A stretch of 64,000 nt of DNA from Comamonadaceae bacterium (GCA_027486755.1 JAIXOM010000063.1:2213-66212); one strand, 5' to 3'. Positions 56,619 to 64,000 are shown, counted from the stretch's first letter. The notes: generated by a model from the sequence alone, not told the origin. Translations and numbers: made by a program.

Positions 56619-57920
56619 ATGCCCGGCTACCTCGACCCTGGTTTTGACACCCTCGTACTGCATGCCGGCGCCGCCCCCGACCCGGCCACCGGCGCGCGGG
56701 CGGTGCCCATACACCTGAGCACATCCTTCGTCTTCGAGTCCAGCGAGCAGGCCGCCAGCCTGTTCAACCTGGAGCGGGCCGGCCATGTGTATTCACGCAT
56801 CAGCAACCCCACCAATGCGGTGCTGGAGCAAAGGATCTCAGCCCTGGAAGGCGGTATTGGCGCGATCGCCACCGCCAGTGGCCAGGCCGCGCTGCACCTG
56901 GCGGTAGCCACCTTGCTCGACGCCGGCTCACACATCGTCGCCTCTTCGGCCATCTATGGCGGCTCACACAATTTACTGCACTACACCCTGAGCCGCTTCG
57001 GCATAGAGACCACCTTTGTCGCGCCGGGCGACTTGGATGCCTGGCGGGCCGCCCTGCGGCCCAACACTCGCCTGCTGTTTGGCGAGACGGTGGGCAATCC
57101 GGGGTTGGACGTGCTCGACATTGCCGCTGTGGCCGAGATCGCCCACGCCGCGGGCGTGCCGCTGCTGGTCGACTCCACCCTCACCTCACCCTGGCTGCTC
57201 AAGCCTTTCGAGCATGGCGCCGACCTGATCTACCACTCGGCCACCAAATTCCTGTCGGGCCACGGCACGGTGATCGGTGGCCTGGTGGTCGATGGCGGCA
57301 GCTTTGACTGGCAGGCCAGCGGCCTGTTCCCGCAGCTCAGCCAGCCTTATGCAGGCTTTCATGACATGGTGTTCACCGAAGAGAGCACGGTGGGCGCTTT
57401 TCTGCTGCGCGCGCGGCGCGAAGGCCTGCGCGACTTCGGCGCCTGCATGAGCCCGCACACCGCCTGGCTGATCCTGCAAGGCCTGGAAACCCTGCCGCTG
57501 CGCATGGCACGCCACATGAGCAATACCGAAAAGGTGGTCGAGTTTCTCCATGCCCACCCCTTGGTCACAAGGGTGGGCCATCCCATGCTGCCCGAGCACC
57601 CCAGCCATGCGCTGGCACAGCGCCTGCTGCCACGCGGGGCCGGCTCGGTGTTCAGTTTCGACCTCAAAGGCAGCCGGGCCCAGGGCGCGGCCTTTGTCGA
57701 CGCGCTCAAGGTGTTCAGCCACCTGGCCAATGTGGGCGACTGCCGCAGCCTGGTGATCCACCCGGCCAGCACCACCCACTTTCGCATGGACGACGCGGCC
57801 CTGGCTGGGGCGGGCATTGCGCAAGGCACGATCCGCCTGTCGATCGGTCTGGAGGACCCCGCCGATTTGGTCGAAGACCTCAAACGGGCCCTGAAGGCGG
57901 CCGAGAAAGCGGGGGCCTGA
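56619..57920 (+). CDS. metY: O-acetylhomoserine aminocarboxypropyltransferase (sulfhydrylase), PLP-dependent
   Basis: The product contains GFDTLVLHAG, YSRISNPT, and SATKFLSGHG with the PLP lysine. I moved the start to MPGYLDPG. Confidence 0.9.
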   Translation: MPGYLDPGFDTLVLHAGAAPDPATGARAVPIHLSTSFVFESSEQAASLFNLERAGHVYSRISNPTNAVLEQRISALEGGIGAIATASGQAALHLAVATLLDAGSHIVASSAIYGGSHNLLHYTLSRFGIETTFVAPGDLDAWRAALRPNTRLLFGETVGNPGLDVLDIAAVAEIAHAAGVPLLVDSTLTSPWLLKPFEHGADLIYHSATKFLSGHGTVIGGLVVDGGSFDWQASGLFPQLSQPYAGFHDMVFTEESTVGAFLLRARREGLRDFGACMSPHTAWLILQGLETLPLRMARHMSNTEKVVEFLHAHPLVTRVGHPMLPEHPSHALAQRLLPRGAGSVFSFDLKGSRAQGAAFVDALKVFSHLANVGDCRSLVIHPASTTHFRMDDAALAGAGIAQGTIRLSIGLEDPADLVEDLKRALKAAEKAGA

Positions 57921-57922
57921 TC

Positions 57923-58744
57923 ATGCAATTCAATGTCGCCGGCGCCAGCATCTACGGCTACAGCGGCGGGCGCAGCTGGCAGACCGGCCAGCCCACCTCC
58001 GTCTTCATTCACGGCGTGCTCAACGACCACAGCGCCTGGATTTTGCAAAGCCGCTACCTGGCCCACCACGGCTGGAATGTGCTGGCCATCGATCTGCCCG
58101 GCCATGGGCGCAGCGCCGGCCAGCCGCCAGAGACGGTTGAGCAAGGCGCCGACTTTGTGGCCGCGCTGCTCGACGCCGCCGGCATAGCGCGCGCCGCGCT
58201 GATCGGTCACAGCTGGGGCTCGCTCATCGCCCTGGAGGCTGCCTCACGTCTGAGAGATCGCATCAGCCATGCAGCGCTGGTGGGCACCGCCTTCCCGATG
58301 CGCGTCTCAGCCGCTCTGCTGGACGCCGCGCAAAACGAGCCGCTCAAGGCGATTGCCATGATCAACCAGTTCTCGCGCAGCACCCTGGCCCCGCCGCCTT
58401 CAGCGCTAGGGCCAGGCACCTGGGTCGACGGCGCCAGCATCGCACTGAACAAACGCATCCTGGCAGGCAACCGCCAGGTCAATCTGCTGCACACCGGCTT
58501 TACAGCCTGCGACCGCTACGCGGGCGGACTCGAAGCAGTCACCAAGCTCAGCTGCCCGCTTCTGTTTGTGCTGGGCCAGGTCGACCAAATGACCCCGCCG
58601 AAAGCCGCCCAGGGCCTGATCGAGCAAGCCCGAGCGCAGGGCCAGTCGGTTCAGGTGGTGAGCGTCCCGGTGGGTCACCACGAAATGACCGAGGCGCCCG
58701 AGGGCACGCTGGCGGCACTGCGGGGGTTTCTCAACTCGACCTGA
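57923..58744 (+). CDS. Alpha/beta-fold hydrolase (intact copy)
   Basis: It has VFIHGVLNDHSAW, the nucleophile elbow GHSWGS, and a late VPVGHHEMTE His motif. It starts 2 nt after the metY stop. Its 3' two thirds form the left copy of the repeat flanking the low-GC island. Confidence 0.8.
   Translation: MQFNVAGASIYGYSGGRSWQTGQPTSVFIHGVLNDHSAWILQSRYLAHHGWNVLAIDLPGHGRSAGQPPETVEQGADFVAALLDAAGIARAALIGHSWGSLIALEAASRLRDRISHAALVGTAFPMRVSAALLDAAQNEPLKAIAMINQFSRSTLAPPPSALGPGTWVDGASIALNKRILAGNRQVNLLHTGFTACDRYAGGLEAVTKLSCPLLFVLGQVDQMTPPKAAQGLIEQARAQGQSVQVVSVPVGHHEMTEAPEGTLAALRGFLNST
58197..58744 (+). repeat. Left copy of a ~545-bp imperfect direct repeat (3' part of the hydrolase gene)
   Basis: I aligned it by hand to 62917-63461. 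There are about 50 mismatches and one 3-nt indel (about 90% identity). The central portion is nearly identical. Confidence 0.85.
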
Positions 58745-58868
58745 CGACGCCAAAGACACCCGTGAAGCGGCACACAACAGCCAGTGGGATACCGTACGAA
58801 CAATCAAAAACCAGCGGTTTTTGTCGAAGCCACTAATCTGCCCATGGGGGGGATTATCCCGCCACAGA

Positions 58869-60347
58869 TTAATATCCATGAATTTCTAATTTCCACCTAA
58901 CAAAGACGCCAACATTACCTCTCCGCATGTCTCTAACCATCAACTTCCATTCACCACTCGCACCCTCTCCAAGGTGACGAATGCTTCCAAACCTCCAGTT
59001 ACTATACCTAAACACACCGAATGCCTGATTATGAATTTCAGACAAAATGCTTTTTGTTCCGGATGGAGACACAAGCACAACCTCCAAATCACCAACTTTC
59101 GGATGCCCCGGGGCATCAAAATATATATCAACAAATTCGGTATGCATATTTTTATCGACAGTAATTGAACTAACCAACCCCGCCAAATCATTATCCGGTA
59201 TAGGCATACTAACAAGTTTTTCAACCGAAACACTTTTAGAGGAAGGCAAATTCTTCCAATTGAGCGCCAAACCAACAGCAGCGGCAGCATCGACAACTCC
59301 AAAACCATAACTGTGATTCACCCACAGTCCAGCTCCATTTTTTACCCAATCGATATTAGCCGGATCGTTTTTCTTTGCTGACATTGCTAAAATTTTTCTT
59401 ACGTCTCTCCACGATAAACTTGGATTAGCTTCGAGAATTAGAGCGACAACGCCAGTCACCATGGGGGCTGCAGCTGATGTTCCACCAAAAAGCCTGGTAT
59501 AGTTAGTATTAGAAAAATCGTTTATCTTGTCCTTGGAGTTGTATCCAAAATCTCCTGTTACATCAGTACTCACGACACCCAAGTTGTTCGACCCACCCTT
59601 AGAGGGCGCACAGATAAGTAACGTTGCCCCAGCCTCAGAATAGCCAGTCCTCATCCCAAAATGATCAACAGCACATACTGGTAATGTATATCTATTGTTC
59701 ACGAGACCACTGTAGTTGACATTATCAAAAGGCACTCCATCACCATCAATCATGGCGCCATTACCAGCGGAAAATACGTAAACTACCCCTTTCCCGGAGC
59801 GGCCTCTCGTCGTCCCCATTTCAAGGGCACCCTCTATCTCCGCTTTTAAATGGAGAGGCTCGCCCCAGCTATTAAAATCACCCCAACTATTATTTGATAC
59901 ATCAACCAAATCCAACCTTCTTATCAAGGCATCAGCTAGATTTTTTGTAGCAGGCGCCCTTAAGGCATTAAAAGAAATAATGGTGGATTTCGGCGCAACA
60001 CCCCTTCCACCCAAGCCATTACCTTCTACGGCGGCTATGATTCCAGCCACAGAGGTTCCATGATTCGCATTAGAGAAATTATATTCAATTGGCAAATAGC
60101 TAAAATTGCCGTATCCAACATTGTCACTCAAATCCTCATGCTCAATATCCACTCCGTCATCGACAATAGCGATAGTTATACCCCTACCCTTGTAAGGAAA
60201 ATCACTTGGTAGGTTTATATTCGAATGATATTCGGAACCCAGTTGCCTCAAATACCATTGCTCCTTTTCAAGAGGGTCCAATCTATAGTCATCACCACCA
60301 CCACATCCGGCAAGCAGACATACAAGCCACAAGACCCACGTTTTCAT
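58869..60347 (-). CDS. Kexin-like S8 subtilase lipoprotein with C-terminal proprotein-convertase P-domain
   Basis: It has the lipobox LLAGC. The catalytic triad contexts are IAIVDDGVD (Asp), NHGTSVAGII (His) and GGTSAAAPMVTGV (Ser). The C-terminal region of about 130 aa (GDLEVVLVSPSGTKSIL...GEWKLMVRD...WKLEIHGY) matches the P-domain pattern. Confidence 0.85.
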   Translation of the reverse strand: MKTWVLWLVCLLAGCGGGDDYRLDPLEKEQWYLRQLGSEYHSNINLPSDFPYKGRGITIAIVDDGVDIEHEDLSDNVGYGNFSYLPIEYNFSNANHGTSVAGIIAAVEGNGLGGRGVAPKSTIISFNALRAPATKNLADALIRRLDLVDVSNNSWGDFNSWGEPLHLKAEIEGALEMGTTRGRSGKGVVYVFSAGNGAMIDGDGVPFDNVNYSGLVNNRYTLPVCAVDHFGMRTGYSEAGATLLICAPSKGGSNNLGVVSTDVTGDFGYNSKDKINDFSNTNYTRLFGGTSAAAPMVTGVVALILEANPSLSWRDVRKILAMSAKKNDPANIDWVKNGAGLWVNHSYGFGVVDAAAAVGLALNWKNLPSSKSVSVEKLVSMPIPDNDLAGLVSSITVDKNMHTEFVDIYFDAPGHPKVGDLEVVLVSPSGTKSILSEIHNQAFGVFRYSNWRFGSIRHLGEGASGEWKLMVRDMRRGNVGVFVRWKLEIHGY

Positions 60348-61522
60348 TGGAGAATCTGCTTGGGCGAAATAGGAGTGAGCATAGTTGATATTCTGATATT
60401 TGAAAAATCTACATCAGACTTGAGAAGCTGAAAACCCATGAAGTCCTTTGATGTAAGGAACAGCGAGATCTGATTGGCTTTATTGGCGCCAGCAATAAGA
60501 TATGAATCCTGCAATTCACCGATTGAAAGCCAATGATATCCTTGCATTGGGATTTGAAATTTTCTCAAGACATGCGATCGATGATCAAACTCAAATGCAG
60601 TTTGCCTACACAGAATTATTAACATAGAATCATTGTGAATCACGAGCAAAGGGTTATCATCAAGATCAAAGATATTGATCCATTTTTTTGAGCCCTCATC
60701 AAAATAAAATACGGTATTTTTAGTTAAGTATTTTACGCCAGACTGAAGCAAGGAAGCCGGAGTCTCGCCATTCACCAAATAGAGACGATTAGAGAGATAA
60801 AAGCGCTGGGCGCCGAACTGATCAACATCAACCGTGTTCCTGCCTTCCGTTGTATTTTTTCTGTAATCAACAATTACTCTTCTATCGCCGTTCTCCGGAT
60901 TAAAATCCAGCGCAACTTTATCATTGGTGTACGTGATATATCGTTTATCTTGATATTCATGCGGATCCAATGTTCCTGGAATTTTTTTTACAACTTCGAA
61001 TCTTTTAACATCCAAAACAACGTCATCTATGTACGTGGACTTTTGAAGCAATGAGTCAGTATCCACAGAACCGAGCACGTGAGGCAACCCAGAACTCCTC
61101 ACTGCATCAGCACTTTTTCCTCGAATTATCTGCTCACTAACAAGATATTCATCTGCTGTATAAGGAATTATTGAATTAATCCCGTTCTTAAAATCCAGTT
61201 TTTTTTCCCCGTTTTTAAAAACAGCACGCAAGATTGTATCAATTCCAGATTTCATCCTTTCCTGTGTATATAGCAAGAAAACTCCATTGTTACAATTATA
61301 GATCGCCTGAAAAATAACATCATTTTCCGGAGAAATTGTGCGCAGAAAATATGCCATCTTGCTTTGCTCATCAATCTCCAATAACTCTGCTCGGAATGAA
61401 CTATGAATCACAGCATGTTTAGGACATGCAACATCAAATTTTATCAAGGACTGTTTCTCAGCACACCCCATCAAAAGGACTGAGCAAATCAAAATACACA
61501 ATTTATGCATATTCAAGGTCAT
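60344..61522 (-). CDS. Hypothetical lipoprotein, no recognisable domain
   Basis: It is a 392-codon ORF filling the gap between the two enzyme genes, with ATGA overlaps at both ends. It has the lipobox LLMGC and an SD-like AAGGTG 8 nt upstream of the ATG. Its composition matches the island. Confidence 0.7.
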   Translation of the reverse strand: MTLNMHKLCILICSVLLMGCAEKQSLIKFDVACPKHAVIHSSFRAELLEIDEQSKMAYFLRTISPENDVIFQAIYNCNNGVFLLYTQERMKSGIDTILRAVFKNGEKKLDFKNGINSIIPYTADEYLVSEQIIRGKSADAVRSSGLPHVLGSVDTDSLLQKSTYIDDVVLDVKRFEVVKKIPGTLDPHEYQDKRYITYTNDKVALDFNPENGDRRVIVDYRKNTTEGRNTVDVDQFGAQRFYLSNRLYLVNGETPASLLQSGVKYLTKNTVFYFDEGSKKWINIFDLDDNPLLVIHNDSMLIILCRQTAFEFDHRSHVLRKFQIPMQGYHWLSIGELQDSYLIAGANKANQISLFLTSKDFMGFQLLKSDVDFSNIRISTMLTPISPKQILQ

Positions 61523-62679
61523 AGGTTCGACACCTTGAATGTCGTCAATGCTGAACTATCGCGGAACTGACTTGGAGTAATAATTCCATACGCACCAAGA
61601 GACCGCGGGGCAATGATATTGTATCTATACGAATTGTATGCGCTCCATATTAATGAGGTGCAGTAGAACTTTGATGTATCTCTTGAGTTAGTAAAATTCC
61701 AATTATATGGCTTGCCAGTCTGTCTATCAGAATACCAAAATGCATTGGACCTAATCCAGGAATCTGGTTTACAATATGCGCCATACAAATCGTAGCAGTC
61801 GTACTCTGACCAACTCCAATTCAATCGAGGCGTCAATGCCCTAACCTCAGTGTATTTATCCATCCACCTTTGTGCATCGTTTGTCCTTGAGACTCCTACA
61901 CCTGTATTTGCATCGACTATGTTAATACCACCTTCAAATGCCCAAACAATAGCGACATGCCCGGGCACACCCGTAATCGAGCCTTCTCCATTTGTCCAAA
62001 TGACATCTCCCGGACGCCAGCCCCAGCTTGTAATGTTTTGATGACTTTTGGGCTTGGTTGTATTTCTGCTTTGATTGGTACCACGGCCTTTTCCACCACC
62101 TTTCATGGTTGGGGAATAAACAAACCATTGCTCCTTGTGCTCAGAGATTTTATATGGTAACTGGTATTCTTCCGCTAATTTTCGAATCTCTGATTCCTCT
62201 GCCAGATCCCTCTGCTTTGCTTCTTCAATAGCAATTTTGTCGTCAGCTGAGATGGTTGGCTCGCGAAAGTCTGTGCTACTTGAGACTTCCGCCTCACTAA
62301 TAATTTGATCTTTTCTACTTTGGATATCCAGTTGCACCTGCGAGAAGAATTTCGCAGCCTCCCCTGACGCTGCATATTGCAAAAACAAGGTGTGAACTTG
62401 CTCAATGTTCTCTTTAACATCTTTACCCGTTTTGAGCTGCAGCACGAAACCATTGGCCAACATTTTTAAGGCAGGCATAAAATTTGGCTTTACCTCTTCT
62501 GGCAAACCATAATCTCCAAAATAATTCTGGTAGATCCAATCTGCGTTGGTGTAATCTGCCACCGTCCCTGCCGCAATCTTGTCGGAGTACTCAACTTTCG
62601 ATGCTGTAGCACCACCGCCTCCACATGAAGAAAGCAAGAAAGTCGAGGAGATAAGAATAGTAATAGCGGAGAGATTCAT
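61519..62679 (-). CDS. Two-module lipoprotein with a C-terminal permuted papain-fold (NlpC/P60-YiiX-like) domain
   Basis: It has the lipobox LLSSC. The ATG at 62679 is preceded by AAGGA, whereas the ORF track uses the upstream TTG at 62694. The C-terminal region has GDVIWT...GHVAIVW about 100 residues before FYCTSLIWSAYN. This His-before-Cys order is characteristic of permuted NlpC/P60 enzymes. The domain call rests on motif recognition only. Confidence 0.6.
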   Translation of the reverse strand: MNLSAITILISSTFLLSSCGGGGATASKVEYSDKIAAGTVADYTNADWIYQNYFGDYGLPEEVKPNFMPALKMLANGFVLQLKTGKDVKENIEQVHTLFLQYAASGEAAKFFSQVQLDIQSRKDQIISEAEVSSSTDFREPTISADDKIAIEEAKQRDLAEESEIRKLAEEYQLPYKISEHKEQWFVYSPTMKGGGKGRGTNQSRNTTKPKSHQNITSWGWRPGDVIWTNGEGSITGVPGHVAIVWAFEGGINIVDANTGVGVSRTNDAQRWMDKYTEVRALTPRLNWSWSEYDCYDLYGAYCKPDSWIRSNAFWYSDRQTGKPYNWNFTNSRDTSKFYCTSLIWSAYNSYRYNIIAPRSLGAYGIITPSQFRDSSALTTFKVSNL

Positions 62680-62916
62680 ATTGAGTCCTTTCAAATTAAT
62701 ACAACGATATCAATCTCTCAGATGATATGCACCTGCAAAGTGCAAAGAAATGCCTCCTACATAGTTAATATTTTTAATAAGATTGGCCGTAGTGAACGCT
62801 GTTAGAGACGGATGATGCGGCATTGCCTATGGCATGGTGTTGCCCAGGGCACTACACACCTATCCCTCGGCCTAGGATTTCCAGCCGACCTGAACGGGGC
62901 CTCAGCCTTGTGACCG

Positions 62917-63461
62917 TGCTGATCGGCCACAGCTGGGGCTCGCTGATCGCGCTGGAAGCTGCCGCCCGCCTGGGGGAGCGCATCAGCCATGCAGCACTGG
63001 TGGGAACGGCTTTTCCGATGCGGGTCTCGGCCGCGCTGTTGCAGGCAGCCCTGGAGCAGCCGCTCAAGGCGATTGCCATGATCAACCAGTTCTCGCGCAG
63101 CACCTTGGCCCCGCCGCCTTCAGCACTGGGGCCAGGCACCTGGGTCGACGGCGCCAGCATCGCACTGAACAAACGCATCCAGGCCGGCAACCGCCAGGTC
63201 AATTTGCTGCACACCGGCTTTACGGCCTGCGACCGCTACGCGGGCGGACTCGAAGCAGTCACCAAGCTCAGCTGCCCGCTGCTGTTTGTGCTGGGCCAGG
63301 TCGACCAAATGACCCCACCCAAAGCAGCCCAGGGCCTGATCGAGCAGGCCCGAGCGCAAGGCCAATCAGTTCAGGTGGTAAGCGTCCCGGTGGGTCACCA
63401 TGAAATGACCGAGGCACCCGAGGGCACGCTGGCGGCGCTGCGGGGGTTTCTGTCTACCTGA
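62917..63461 (+). pseudogene. 5'-truncated second copy of the alpha/beta hydrolase gene (right copy of the direct repeat)
   Basis: It encodes LIGHSWGSLIALEAA...GFLST and aligns to residues of about 92-273 of the intact copy. It lacks the first ~90 codons. The upstream in-frame sequence in ORF 62823-63461 has no similarity to the hydrolase N-terminus. Confidence 0.8.
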
Positions 63462-63600
63462 AGGCTGCGCCACCGCCGCTCTTTGAACCGAGAACGCCGT
63501 GGTCCACCGCTCTTCGGGGAACTGTCAGTAATCGGCTTGACTTTGGCATTGACCCGGATATGCTTTCATACTGCACAGTATTACTGAAACTGGTTTGAGA

Positions 63601-63864
63601 ATGATCGTCATGACTGCAAACACGCTTCGCGCCTCTTATTCGATTTCAGCCTCAACGCTTCAACGCTTCAATGCGGTGGTTCCTGCCGGCGAGCGCAGCC
63701 GGGTGATAGAAGAGTACATGCAACAAGCCCTGGTGAACCGTGAGCAGGAGCTCGAGGCGATTGCCAGCGCATTCATGAGTGACCCAGCCAATGCGCAAGC
63801 ACTTGCAGACGAAAAGGCTTGGGATGTGACCATAGGCGATGGCCTGAGCGGCCCCAAGGTCTAA
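63601..63864 (+). CDS. Antitoxin-like small protein upstream of MazF (possible ribbon-helix-helix type)
   Basis: It is an ORF of about 85 aa ending 12 nt before the mazF-like start. Its size and position are typical of a type II antitoxin. The start is ambiguous (63595 TTG, 63601 ATG or 63610 ATG). The fold assignment is a guess. Confidence 0.55.
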   Translation: MIVMTANTLRASYSISASTLQRFNAVVPAGERSRVIEEYMQQALVNREQELEAIASAFMSDPANAQALADEKAWDVTIGDGLSGPKV

Positions 63865-63876
63865 GACCTTCACGCC

Positions 63877-64000
63877 ATGGAATTTAAGCGCGGACAAATC
63901 TACCGATTCAACTTAGAGCCTGCGCGCGGCAGTGAGCAGCAGGGGACGGCCCGCCCCTGCGTCGTCCTCTCACTGACCCCCTTCAACAGGCAATTTCGCA
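63877..64000 (+). CDS. PemK/MazF-family toxin, N-terminal part (runs off the window)
   Basis: MEFKRGQIYRFNLEPARGSEQQGTARPCVVLS matches the MazF/PemK N-terminal signature (RGxIY...L.P..GSEQ.G.RP.VVLS). Confidence 0.8.
   Translation, partial: MEFKRGQIYRFNLEPARGSEQQGTARPCVVLSLTPFNRQFR

Larger units (their letters stand above)
58745..62916. other. Low-GC horizontally acquired island carrying a three-gene lipoprotein operon, with no recognisable mobility gene
   Basis: Composition drops abruptly, to about 35% G+C on sampled lines versus above 60% in the flanks. AT-rich third codon positions are consistent with this. The island is bracketed by the direct repeat 58197-58744 / 62917-63461. Confidence 0.75.

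Noticed and set aside
58745-62916. A search of the island for an integrase, transposase, terminal inverted repeats or short target-site duplications.
   Set aside because: None were found. The only structure near the left end is a 7-bp inverted repeat (taatctg/cagatta, 58834-58871) overlapping the S8 stop codon, which is too weak to call an IS or MITE end. The island is therefore not annotated as a mobile element.
62823-63461. The ORF-track entry of 212 aa, which could be read as an intact second alpha/beta hydrolase paralogue.
   Set aside because: Similarity to the intact copy starts only at LIGHSWGS. The first ~30 residues come from unrelated junction DNA, and the oxyanion-hole N-terminal third of the fold is missing. 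I treat it as a truncated remnant.

Overview
This is a high-GC (about 60-65% by eye) chromosomal segment. Its gene content and order look betaproteobacterial, probably Burkholderiales/Comamonadaceae: ilvI-ilvH-ilvC-pssA-leuA, a Bug/TctC binding protein, an ECF sigma-DUF3619-DUF3106 cluster, glnB-nadE and rpsU-yqeY. That taxonomic placement is inference. Most of the window is core housekeeping. It covers branched-chain amino acid synthesis, the N-end-rule transferases aat/bpt, molybdenum cofactor genes (moaA-mobA-moeA, mog), ppa plus a membrane H+-PPase, an RND efflux pair, mutS, glnS, aroC, metY, cysE, trmJ, suhB, uppP and pmbA/yjgA. I recognised no rRNA gene, tRNA gene or CRISPR array. The accessory content is small: an AbrB/PIN toxin-antitoxin pair, an orphan DUF2283 antitoxin-like gene, an orphan Anbu proteasome-like gene fused tightly behind mutS, a frameshifted EamA/DMT transporter, and an RHH/MazF pair at the right edge. 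The standout is a roughly 4.1 kb stretch of sharply lower GC (about 58745-62916). It carries three translationally coupled minus-strand genes that all encode predicted lipoproteins: a two-module protein ending in a permuted papain-fold (NlpC/P60-YiiX-like) domain, a protein with no motif I recognise, and a kexin-like S8 subtilase with a P-domain. This island has no integrase or transposase. It is bracketed by an imperfect direct repeat of about 545 bp, which is a duplicated 3' portion of an alpha/beta-hydrolase gene. I regard this three-gene envelope module as the best candidate for an undescribed system. Its function cannot be read from sequence alone. Start codons that I moved away from the ORF track were chosen by N-terminal homology patterns and remain uncertain.
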